Source of the DNA: a virus
Lineage: Duplodnaviria; Caudoviricetes
Length of the DNA: 37,038 nucleotides
Virus record (IMG/VR): IMGVR_UViG_3300027683_000009
Location: 1 to 37,038 of that record
Direction: 5' to 3' (one strand)
Position 1 is the first letter of the stretch, and every line of letters starts with the position of its first letter. Positions 1 through 8,231 of this stretch are shown piece by piece. The position numbers and the translations under genes are program-made. Under the pieces are notes generated by a model. The model saw nothing but the letters and a program-made list of their open reading frames with translations. It searched no databases and was not told the DNA's origin.

Positions 1-656
1 CATGATGGTGTTATCTTTACATTAAACGCTGCGTTGAGGGATGTTATATAGGCCGTTGATATTGCATATACTTTTTTTGCTTTTATCATACACTCTATAT
101 TCCAACCAGAGGGTTGGGTAAATGAGAGAGCATTCTTATCTGTATAACCCGGCAACTCTTTGCGGGAGAACCAAGATAGGAAAGAGTCCTCTAAGGAGTT
201 GGGGTCAAGTCCAGAGGACTCATATTCATTTTCATAGGACTCCCAACAATCTGTATAAAGGTCTGCAATCGTAGGTGAGTATACATACTTATAGTCATTA
301 GATGGAAATATTATTCGTGATGATGGGGACCATCTCCATGCTTTCTCGGATTTTTTTGTTATCCATACAAAAAGCCCATCGGACCGTGGCTTCCAACCAA
401 AGCGTGATTTTAGTAGGTCATCAACTCCTTTAGATACCTCCCGTGGAGTATCTACTGGTTTTCTATTTGTTGCTACAGTGGAGATATAAACAAGGTCATC
501 GGCTATACTTATATATTTTGGTGACATTCTAAAAAACATATTTCTACCAGACCTCAAGTCCTTTATATATTTGGAGCAAGTTTTTTCTATTTCGGGAAGT
601 ATAATATCTATATCGGAGTTTGGTGCATTTTCTTTTATATATCTTAATAGGTTCAT
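1..656 (-). CDS. Paralog-array copy 5 (218 aa, stop codon just off-window); putative virion-packaged protein, possible ART-like fold
   Basis: Not in the ORF track; translated by hand from ATG at 656 (ATGA overlap with the stop of 653..1372): MNLLRYIKE...TCSKYIKDLRSGRNMFFR...FGWKPRSDGLFVW...IFPSNDYKYVYSP...YTDKNAL...ECMIKAKKVYAIS. Frame is open to the edge and ends in TG, consistent with a TGA stop overlapping an ATG at 3..1. Confidence 0.9.
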   Translation of the reverse strand, partial: MNLLRYIKENAPNSDIDIILPEIEKTCSKYIKDLRSGRNMFFRMSPKYISIADDLVYISTVATNRKPVDTPREVSKGVDDLLKSRFGWKPRSDGLFVWITKKSEKAWRWSPSSRIIFPSNDYKYVYSPTIADLYTDCWESYENEYESSGLDPNSLEDSFLSWFSRKELPGYTDKNALSFTQPSGWNIECMIKAKKVYAISTAYITSLNAAFNVKITPS

Positions 657-1372
657 AATTTTTCCAATGGTGCAATATTAACATCCCATAGCTCGTTGAG
701 TTTTGGTATATGTACTGGTGATATTGCATATATTTTATTTGCTCTTAACATACACTCTACATTTCCGGACTTTTTAGATACTTCAGATTTTAACGCATTC
801 TTATCGGTATAAGTATCTAATGCTTTTTCCCAAAACCAGTCCAGAAAAAGTGTATTGGCTGCTGTTTGGTGTTGCTTATAGGATTCTCTATCTGGTCGGA
901 TATTGTCGTTATAATCATTATCGTTATTTCTTTCATAGTGAATCATCTTTTCTTCATATGAGTTAAAAATATCTATAATATTAGGTGAGTATACATACTT
1001 ATAGCCATTGGATGGAAAGATGATTCGGACTCGTCTCCACATTATTTTCCAATTCCAAACAGATTTACCTTTTCTTGTCAACCAGACGAAAAGTGCTTCG
1101 GACCGTGGCTTCCAACCGAATTTAGATTTTAGCATATCATCCATTTCTGCGTGGAGTTCTTTATTAATATCTTTAGGTTCTCTACCTTCTCTTGCTGGTA
1201 TTACTAAGGTAGAGTCTGGAAGTGTTGTGTTATACTTGCTGGACATTCTTATAAAAAAATTCTTTCCAGCCTTTAACTCCCTTATATACTCGGAACAATC
1301 CTTTTTCATTATTTCTAAGGAGTCTTCTATGGATATGCTTTTGGATTCTGTTAGATATTCGTTTAATCTCAT
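653..1372 (-). CDS. Paralog-array copy 4, hypothetical (putative virion-packaged, ART-like)
   Basis: 239 aa; shares CSEYIREL, FGWKPRS, IFPSNGYKYVYSP, YTDKNAL, ECML motifs with its neighbours; N-terminus MRLNEYLTE. Confidence 0.9.
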   Translation of the reverse strand: MRLNEYLTESKSISIEDSLEIMKKDCSEYIRELKAGKNFFIRMSSKYNTTLPDSTLVIPAREGREPKDINKELHAEMDDMLKSKFGWKPRSEALFVWLTRKGKSVWNWKIMWRRVRIIFPSNGYKYVYSPNIIDIFNSYEEKMIHYERNNDNDYNDNIRPDRESYKQHQTAANTLFLDWFWEKALDTYTDKNALKSEVSKKSGNVECMLRANKIYAISPVHIPKLNELWDVNIAPLEKL

Positions 1373-2043
1373 TGGTAATCCCTTACTGGTTTTATATTTA
1401 AATTAAAAGTATTGTTTAATAACGGTATATTTACTTGTGCTATTACAAATGCTTTAGTTGTTCTAAGTGAACATTCTGTTTCAATAAGCGGAAAATTAGC
1501 TTTAAGAACATTCTTATCGGTGTATGTTGGTAGTGCTTCCTTTGTGAACCAGTTTAAAAATTTTTCATTTAATTCTTCTGGTGTATAATTATCGGATATA
1601 TCATATAACTCATCTTCTATTCTTTCATATTCATAAAATATATCAGGTATGGATTTTGAGTATACATATTTATATCCATCTGTTGGAAAGATTAATCTCT
1701 TTTCTGTTTCTTCAAATGAGTTTCGTTTAAAGTTTTTATTTTGAGGAGTTACCCATACAAAGAGCCCTTCGGACCGTGGTTTCCAACCGAATTTAGCTTT
1801 TAGTAGGTTATTCATTTCATTATGAAGGTATGGATTCATATCACGAGGAGCTCTATCCTCCCGTGGAGGTAGGAGTATTACATCGTCCTCGGAATATATA
1901 ACAAATTTATTATTTTCTCTAATAAAAAAATTTTTACCAGACCTCAACTCCCTTATATACTCCGAACAATTTCTTTTTAATAGAGTTAAAGTATCCTCCA
2001 TTTTTATAACTTTAAATTCTGTTAGATAGTTATTTAACCTCAT
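1369..2043 (-). CDS. Paralog-array copy 3, hypothetical (putative virion-packaged, ART-like)
   Basis: 224 aa; same motifs; N-terminus MRLNNYLTE; ATGA overlaps at both ends. Confidence 0.9.
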   Translation of the reverse strand: MRLNNYLTEFKVIKMEDTLTLLKRNCSEYIRELRSGKNFFIRENNKFVIYSEDDVILLPPREDRAPRDMNPYLHNEMNNLLKAKFGWKPRSEGLFVWVTPQNKNFKRNSFEETEKRLIFPTDGYKYVYSKSIPDIFYEYERIEDELYDISDNYTPEELNEKFLNWFTKEALPTYTDKNVLKANFPLIETECSLRTTKAFVIAQVNIPLLNNTFNLNIKPVRDYQ

Positions 2044-2780
2044 TTATTAATCTCACTGTTATATCGGAGTGATTTATGTGGAACTTCTTTTTCTATTGGT
2101 TTTATATTTATACCAAGGTGTTTATTAAGTACCTCTATATAGTTTTGGGAAACAACATATATTTTATTTGCTCTTAACATACACTCTACATTTCCATCAA
2201 ATCGTGCTAACTTGGTTTTTAATGCACCTTTATCGGTGTATGTTGGTAGTGCTTCCTTTGTGAACCAGTTTAAAAACTCATCCTCAACTTCGTCCTCATC
2301 AAACTCACCATATACACCATCACGGTCATTATTATCTGGCATATTTGACATTATATTTTCATATTCAAAATAAACATCATTAACTTCTGGTGAGTATACA
2401 TATTTATAACCATTAGATGGAAAGATAATTCTGTTTCTATCTGCTCCATTACCTTTTCGGGTTGTTGTTTCTGATTGCGGAGTTATCCATACAAAGAGCG
2501 AGTCGGACCGTGGTCTCCAACCAAACTTAGCTTTTAGTAAAGCATCCATTTCGTTATGTAATGTTATACTCATATCACGAGGAACCCTGTCCTCTCTTGC
2601 GGGAATAAGTATAACATCACTTGAGTTGATAGAAGTGAAACCTACACGGTTTCTTATAAAGAAGTTCTTACCAGCCTTTAACTCCCTTATATATTCCGAA
2701 CAAGTTCTTTTAACTATATGTAAGAACCCTTCAAAACTAATTTTTTGTGTTTCTGTTATTAGATATTCATTAAGTTTCAT
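2040..2780 (-). CDS. Paralog-array copy 2, hypothetical (putative virion-packaged, ART-like)
   Basis: 246 aa; same motifs; N-terminus MKLNEYLITE. Confidence 0.9.
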   Translation of the reverse strand: MKLNEYLITETQKISFEGFLHIVKRTCSEYIRELKAGKNFFIRNRVGFTSINSSDVILIPAREDRVPRDMSITLHNEMDALLKAKFGWRPRSDSLFVWITPQSETTTRKGNGADRNRIIFPSNGYKYVYSPEVNDVYFEYENIMSNMPDNNDRDGVYGEFDEDEVEDEFLNWFTKEALPTYTDKGALKTKLARFDGNVECMLRANKIYVVSQNYIEVLNKHLGINIKPIEKEVPHKSLRYNSEINK

Positions 2781-3517
2781 TAAGTTTCATCCATGTTAAA
2801 TTCATGCTTTGGTTCTAAATCGGTTATTTTATACCGTGATGGTTGTATATCAAGATTAAAAAGGTCATTTAATCGTGGTATATGGAGTGATGATATTGCA
2901 TAATATTTTTTTGCTTTCAACATACACTCAGTTCTTTTATGTTTAGTTGCACCCATTCTTAACGCATTAAGTTTTGTATATGTTGGTAAACCCTTATTTT
3001 TAAACCACTCAAAAAATTTATCTTTTATATCATTATTAATTTTATTATCATCATAGGAATCTGGATATATAGGATAATCATAATCATTTAAAAAAGTTTC
3101 ATATTTTAAAAAGAGGTCACCTATCATGGATGAATAAACATATTTATATCCATCTATTGGAAAGATTAATCTCACTTCTTTCCAAAATGAGTACCAATTC
3201 CATCTTGGATTCTTTTGTTCTGTTATCCATACAAAGAGTGCTTCGGACCGTGGCTTCCAACCGAATTTAGCTTTTAGTAAGTTATCTATAACATGGTGAA
3301 CATCTTTAGGAGTATCAATCGGTATTCTATCCGATTTAGGAGGTATAATGAGTATTTTATTATGATCTATTGGTTTATAACTTTCTGATAATCTAACAAA
3401 AAGGTTTCTACCAGACCTCAACTCCCTTATATATTCGGAGCAATTCTTTTTAATATCCTCTAAACCTTCTTCAGTTGATATTTTTGTATCTTCTAATATA
3501 TAATCATCTAATCTCAT
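2780..3517 (-). CDS. Paralog-array copy 1, hypothetical (putative virion-packaged, ART-like)
   Basis: 245 aa; same motifs; N-terminus MRLDDYILE; TAATG overlap with the next copy. Confidence 0.9.
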   Translation of the reverse strand: MRLDDYILEDTKISTEEGLEDIKKNCSEYIRELRSGRNLFVRLSESYKPIDHNKILIIPPKSDRIPIDTPKDVHHVIDNLLKAKFGWKPRSEALFVWITEQKNPRWNWYSFWKEVRLIFPIDGYKYVYSSMIGDLFLKYETFLNDYDYPIYPDSYDDNKINNDIKDKFFEWFKNKGLPTYTKLNALRMGATKHKRTECMLKAKKYYAISSLHIPRLNDLFNLDIQPSRYKITDLEPKHEFNMDET

Positions 3518-3526
3518 TTATATTTC

Positions 3527-3826
3527 CTATTTTTTAACATGTGCAAAAGTTGTTACACCCATATATGCACCTATAACACCAGTACATGCAAAATAATACC
3601 ATGTTATAAAATCTGATACAACTGCTACCTTTGCAACCGGTAATAAACTTTCTGGTAAAAATATAATTAAAGTGGTTAGAACTATCATGGATACTAAAGA
3701 TAGCCAAGCCATATGTCTTCTATTTTTCCATCTTTCTCTATCTATATTTATTTCTTCCATAGCTTTTGTTACATACATATCACCTTCAGGTGGTAAATTG
3801 ATATTAGTAGTTTCATTATCCAACAT
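3527..3826 (-). CDS. Small two-TM membrane protein, holin-like
   Basis: 99 aa with basic stretch RERWKNRRH followed by two hydrophobic segments (MAWLSLVSMIVLTTLIIFL; FITWYYFACTGVIGAYMGV); strong AGGAGG RBS. Holin function is a guess. Confidence 0.5.
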   Translation of the reverse strand: MLDNETTNINLPPEGDMYVTKAMEEINIDRERWKNRRHMAWLSLVSMIVLTTLIIFLPESLLPVAKVAVVSDFITWYYFACTGVIGAYMGVTTFAHVKK

Positions 3827-3841
3827 AATATTCCTCCTTCT

Positions 3842-4831
3842 TTAACTTGGATATCCAAGTTTACCTGCAACCCATTTTGCCCTATCTTTTACTTTATTTA
3901 TCTCTTTTGTTGCTGAGAATGTTGTTCTATCCTTTACATCTTCTGCGAATGATTTTCTATCAAGATTTTTTGCAATTCTAACAAGTGAACCAACCCTAAT
4001 GGTATCTGCAAAAAGTGGTGATATATCTGTAAAGTTTAGAGTCAACTCACATCTTTGCGGAATACCATTTTTATAAGGATGTTTCCAAGTTGATTGAACA
4101 GAAGTACATGCTGCAAGGTCAACATCTAAAACACCTTTTGGGTCAGTTTGTATTGACCATAAATGTGGCCATTTAATATGTATATTTCCAACTGATGATG
4201 GTGCTGAGTATGCTGAAATGTTTTTTACAATTTCAACCAAATCTGTTTTTAATCCTTCTGATAATAATTGGAAGGTAAACATAAATTGTCTTCGTGGTGA
4301 ATTTGTATATGAAAGTGGTGCATCAACTTTCTTTTTTGGTATATCTACTGCCACTGCTGCATGTAAGGCTGCAAGCATTTGTTCACCTGAAGGAAAATCA
4401 CCTGCTTCAAAGGCTCTTACTACTGACCCCCAAAGACTTCCTGCTATTTGTTGGCCTTGTGTCCATGCTGTACCAAGTTTTGCTTCCATTGCCAATAATT
4501 TAGAAAATATTGTTTCATAAGTATTCCATTCATGGTTACTTGCTTCAAGAATACCATCATCTGGAGCTAAGAATTTATATAATGGACCAAATTTTGATAC
4601 ATCATAATTTCCACCTCTACCGGCTGAATTTATTGATTTTAATTCAAGTGGTTGCAATTCTATCCAAATTGACCCAGTATGACCTGCATGAGGAAAATAC
4701 CAATGAGGTACTTGAATTAGATTCTCATCCTTGGTGTCATTTATCCTTTTCTTAATTGATTTATAATGACTATAACCACCTTTTATTATTGATGGTCGTC
4801 TTAAATTACTAAATTGAACAGGTATTGACAT
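3842..4831 (-). CDS. Baseplate tail-tube cap/initiator, T4 gp48-like
   Basis: RRQFMFTFQLL...WPHLWSI...CTSVQ...GIPQRCELTLNFTDI pattern resembles tube-fold baseplate proteins; lies directly after the tape measure. Confidence 0.6.
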   Translation of the reverse strand: MSIPVQFSNLRRPSIIKGGYSHYKSIKKRINDTKDENLIQVPHWYFPHAGHTGSIWIELQPLELKSINSAGRGGNYDVSKFGPLYKFLAPDDGILEASNHEWNTYETIFSKLLAMEAKLGTAWTQGQQIAGSLWGSVVRAFEAGDFPSGEQMLAALHAAVAVDIPKKKVDAPLSYTNSPRRQFMFTFQLLSEGLKTDLVEIVKNISAYSAPSSVGNIHIKWPHLWSIQTDPKGVLDVDLAACTSVQSTWKHPYKNGIPQRCELTLNFTDISPLFADTIRVGSLVRIAKNLDRKSFAEDVKDRTTFSATKEINKVKDRAKWVAGKLGYPS

Positions 4832-4858
4832 ATATAATAAATTCCTTTCTTAAAAATT

Positions 4859-6505
4859 TTAAGGATGTGTTGCTGCGAATCCCATATCCCGTGGATTTTG
4901 AGATGTATATCGTGATGATGGTATAGATGTTGGTGCTGTTGATGTATTATTAGTTACATTACTATTATTTATAATAGTATTTTTATTTGTATCTAATGGA
5001 TTTTCACCAAAACCACCACCCCAATTTGTGGTAGTTGTTGCTGCTGCTTTCTTTTGAGTTTCTTCATTAAACTTTTTCTTTTCTTCTTCGTTTTGTTGTT
5101 TTAATTCAGCAGATCGTTGTTTTACATCATCACCAAATGAAGCTAATCTACTCTTATAACCTTCTTCACCACCGGATATCATTTTACCGATTGTTGGATA
5201 TTCTGTTAAGAAATTATACCACCATACTTTTATATTCATTATGGATTCTTGTATCCATACAATAGCATCTTTAACTAAATCAATAAAACTTTGTACTAAA
5301 TTACCCAGACCACCTATAGCTCTACTAACAAGGTCAGTTAATATGTTCATTGCTTTATCACCAGAACCTGGATCACCTTTTTTTCTAAGACCTAATTGTT
5401 CCATAATCCAATCATATACACCGGCAAGTAGTCTAACAGGAAATTCTAAAAATTTTGTTATCATACTTGTTAAACCACCTTTTAATTTTTCAAGAAAATT
5501 TCCTTCTGTTTTTACAAAACCTTTAATGAAATCAATTGCTGATAGTAAAATTTGAAGTGGCCATCCAAGAAATTTGAAACCTACTTTTAATGCTCTGAAT
5601 AATATACCAAGACCTGGAATTTTTGAAAACCAATTAAAAATATCTACTAATTTTTTACCAGCAGCCATTATCATTTTAAATGTTCCACCTATTGTTTTAC
5701 CAATCCAACCAGCAATCCAACCAATGGTTTTAAATACTTTTTCAATAACAATAAAAAGAAAATTTATTGCTTTATTGTGTCGTATAGTTTTCATAAATTT
5801 TCTATAATACCATTCTATTGCTAAACTTAATTGACCGATATTTTTTTGTCCTATTATTGCATGCCATACAGATTCAAACATTTTTTTAAATAATGCAATT
5901 TTAGCCCAAGCCCATTTACCAGGTGTAAGTAAAAATGCTTTCCAAAGTTTAAATACAATTTCAAAAGGAAGAAGTATTTTTCTTACAACTGCTCCTATCA
6001 TACCAAGTATCAAAGCTAATGGTAGAAATAAAAGGTCAAGTAATTCTGCAAGCCAACCTTTTGCCTTTATACCTCGTTGAGCAAGTTCTTCTTTTCTTCT
6101 CATTTTTTCTATACCAGCTAAATCGCCAATCCATCCAGTCATTCTTTTAAACATTGGTACTTGTAATATCCAATGTTTTATTAATTGTGTAAATGGTTTT
6201 GTTATTGGTGATATAAAGCCGGTCATTCTTGCCCATCCTGTTTTGGCAATATCAAGACCATATTGTAGTTCATCACTTAATATTTCTTGAAATTTTCCGG
6301 ATACATCACCAGCTAATCCTTTTAAAGTACCACTTAAATTTTCAACTAAGGTTTTTATACCATCACTGACTATTTGTTTAGTACCGGAAAATGGATTTCT
6401 GGTTACAGTTTCTCTTCCTTTTGCTGCTGCTTTTGCTGCAGCCGCTGCTGCAGCCGCTGCTGCTGCTGGTGTTTGTGGTTGGTTTGTTGGAATGCTTGTT
6501 GCCAT
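4859..6505 (-). CDS. Tape measure / baseplate hub-like protein (gp29-like)
   Basis: Amphipathic helical protein rich in W/F/G, hydrophobic central stretch, N/T-rich C-terminus; follows tube and chaperones. ATG 6505 has GGAG at 6515-6518, so preferred over TTG 6520. Confidence 0.7.
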   Translation of the reverse strand: MATSIPTNQPQTPAAAAAAAAAAAKAAAKGRETVTRNPFSGTKQIVSDGIKTLVENLSGTLKGLAGDVSGKFQEILSDELQYGLDIAKTGWARMTGFISPITKPFTQLIKHWILQVPMFKRMTGWIGDLAGIEKMRRKEELAQRGIKAKGWLAELLDLLFLPLALILGMIGAVVRKILLPFEIVFKLWKAFLLTPGKWAWAKIALFKKMFESVWHAIIGQKNIGQLSLAIEWYYRKFMKTIRHNKAINFLFIVIEKVFKTIGWIAGWIGKTIGGTFKMIMAAGKKLVDIFNWFSKIPGLGILFRALKVGFKFLGWPLQILLSAIDFIKGFVKTEGNFLEKLKGGLTSMITKFLEFPVRLLAGVYDWIMEQLGLRKKGDPGSGDKAMNILTDLVSRAIGGLGNLVQSFIDLVKDAIVWIQESIMNIKVWWYNFLTEYPTIGKMISGGEEGYKSRLASFGDDVKQRSAELKQQNEEEKKKFNEETQKKAAATTTTNWGGGFGENPLDTNKNTIINNSNVTNNTSTAPTSIPSSRYTSQNPRDMGFAATHP

Positions 6506-6522
6506 ATATTTTATCTCCAAAA

Positions 6523-6580
6523 TAAAAAGGTCTAAAGTTTACATCAACACCGGATAATGTGTTTTTGTCCTTTAGACCTT
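6523..6580 (-). terminator. Long irregular hairpin with U-tract just upstream of the tape-measure RBS (attenuator/terminator)
   Basis: 11-bp inverted repeat aaggtctaaag (6527-6537) / ctttagacctt (6570-6580), inner AACAC/GTGTT stem, followed on the minus strand by a T-rich tract. Confidence 0.5.
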
Positions 6581-6601
6581 CTATGATCCATATCCTTTAT
6601 A

Positions 6602-6781
6602 TTAGGATAAGCGTGACAAATGGCCACCTGCCATCATCGTAGCTATATCAAGTTGCATTTTCTTTTCTTTTATAGCCATATTTACATATGCTTCTCTTTC
6701 AAAGTCTACTAAATTTTCCGATTCTGAAAGACTTATTCCCATTGTTGCCAAAATAAACTGTTCCTCTGTTATTTTTGGCAT
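6602..6781 (-). CDS. gp51-like baseplate hub assembly/tail chaperone (59 aa; probably also the C-terminal part of a -1 frameshift fusion)
   Basis: Below the ORF-track cut-off; translated by hand: MPKITEEQFILATMGISLSESENLVDFEREAYVNMAIKEKKMQLDIATMMAGGHLSRLS; SLSExENL..FERxxYV resembles gp51 of T4-like cyanophages. Confidence 0.75.
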   Translation of the reverse strand: MPKITEEQFILATMGISLSESENLVDFEREAYVNMAIKEKKMQLDIATMMAGGHLSRLS

Positions 6782-6801
6782 ACTGGTTTGTAGTAATTTA
6801 A

Positions 6802-7608
6802 TCAGAAAAAAAAATTGTCTGGCGTTGCTTCAAATTCAATTTCATTACCACATGTTATACAACTATTTTTTATGGTAAAATTGGTACCATAATCATTGTC
6901 TTTATACCATTGTGATATTTTTTCATAGACAACTGTTGGCATTTCTTCTACAAAGAATTTTTTATCAATTAATTGTAGATCGGTATATTCTTCATCACCT
7001 TTTATAATCTTATCAATACCAGCAGAATGTAATATAATTGTTATCTCTGCTTGTTTTTGCATGTCACTCATTTTATTATCAATAAAAGTAAGAGCTTCTA
7101 ATTCATCACTTACTTTTAAAAACCTCATTTGAATCTTTACATCTTCAAATACATCAATAATATAATTCGTATTAACAAAATCTATTTTCTTTATTGGAAA
7201 TTTTGATAAATCTTTTACCAATAAATTTTGTGATCCACATTTCTCACATTTATATTCTGTTTCCCACATGTTGCCTTTGGTTTTGTTTCTCATTTCCCAA
7301 AGTAAGAAGGCCCTATCTTTAATAAGAATATCATTAATATCAAAATCATCTTTGTTTATAACCGCTTCGGTTATAACCATATTCATCATCTTTGATAATG
7401 CTAATGGGTCTTTTTCATTTTCATATGCCAACATCTTTTTAATTTGACCAGTTTTCAGTGGTCTAAATCTTACTGGTATACCAGTGCCAGGTAGTGTGGT
7501 ATCAAACTCATATATTTCTTGAAATTTGGATACATCAAATGTACTCTTTTCTTTCTTAACAACTCTTTGAATGGGTGGACCATTCTGATGAACATTTTTA
7601 TTACTCAT
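6802..7608 (-). CDS. Baseplate hub subunit/tail assembly chaperone, T4 gp26-like
   Basis: LPGTGIPVRFRPL N-terminus, two CxxC pairs (CEKC, CITC), C-terminal NFFF, all typical of gp26-like proteins. Confidence 0.8.
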   Translation of the reverse strand: MSNKNVHQNGPPIQRVVKKEKSTFDVSKFQEIYEFDTTLPGTGIPVRFRPLKTGQIKKMLAYENEKDPLALSKMMNMVITEAVINKDDFDINDILIKDRAFLLWEMRNKTKGNMWETEYKCEKCGSQNLLVKDLSKFPIKKIDFVNTNYIIDVFEDVKIQMRFLKVSDELEALTFIDNKMSDMQKQAEITIILHSAGIDKIIKGDEEYTDLQLIDKKFFVEEMPTVVYEKISQWYKDNDYGTNFTIKNSCITCGNEIEFEATPDNFFF

Positions 7609-7637
7609 TTATATAACCTCTTGTTTTTATTCTATTT

Positions 7638-8174
7638 TTATAAACCAGTTGGTCTTGTTGTCAATGTATGATATGCATATCTAAATGTAACATCAAATTG
7701 AACATTATCATTTGTACTATAATCCAAAGTTGCAGCTGCAACTTCTCTTGGCCAGGCGTGGTGTAATAGATATTCCATAACTGGAGTTCCATCATATCCA
7801 AGTAATTGCAATCTTTGTGGGAACATATAGAATGCGATTGTACCATATTCATTTGTTACTGGGTCGTGAATCTTATTAATCCAGTTCTCAAAGCATAATC
7901 TCAATAAACCCTTATCATCAAGGTTGAATGTTACGGTAAAATCAGAAAATGTATGTTTACCACCAACAAAGAAATCAAAACCTTGCCAGTTTAAATTTAT
8001 TTCTTCTATTGTTGATGCTGGTAGACTTGTTGATCTAACCAAATATGAAGTTCTACCATTTGTCATATCACCTTCAATACAATCTCCTGGAATCATTGGC
8101 AAAAAATAAAACAGATTCGCTCTTGCTCCATCTCTAAAATTAGATTTATAACTTTCAATGTCAAAATTTGGCAT
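7638..8174 (-). CDS. Tail tube protein, T4 gp19-like
   Basis: GARANLF, SLPASTI, WP..V....LDY..ND....FDVTF.Y; directly after the sheath. Confidence 0.92.
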   Translation of the reverse strand: MPNFDIESYKSNFRDGARANLFYFLPMIPGDCIEGDMTNGRTSYLVRSTSLPASTIEEINLNWQGFDFFVGGKHTFSDFTVTFNLDDKGLLRLCFENWINKIHDPVTNEYGTIAFYMFPQRLQLLGYDGTPVMEYLLHHAWPREVAAATLDYSTNDNVQFDVTFRYAYHTLTTRPTGL

Positions 8175-8201
8175 TTCTTAATTCTCCTTATATTTTCATA
8201 G

Positions 8202-8225
8202 ATGGGGGATAATAACATCCCCCAT
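8202..8225. other. GC-rich stem-loop between sheath and tube genes
   Basis: atgggggat (8202-8210) / atcccccat (8217-8225), 6-nt loop; no U-tract on the minus strand, so more likely a processing/stability element than a minus-strand terminator. Confidence 0.55.
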
Positions 8226-8231
8226 TTATAT

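Noticed and set aside
544-729. 61-aa ORF in the track
   Set aside because: Wrong frame; the real gene is the paralog starting at ATG 656.
6421-6470. Poly-Ala gct/gca run at the tape-measure N-terminus
   Set aside because: Short in-frame low-complexity tract; no sign of phase variation.
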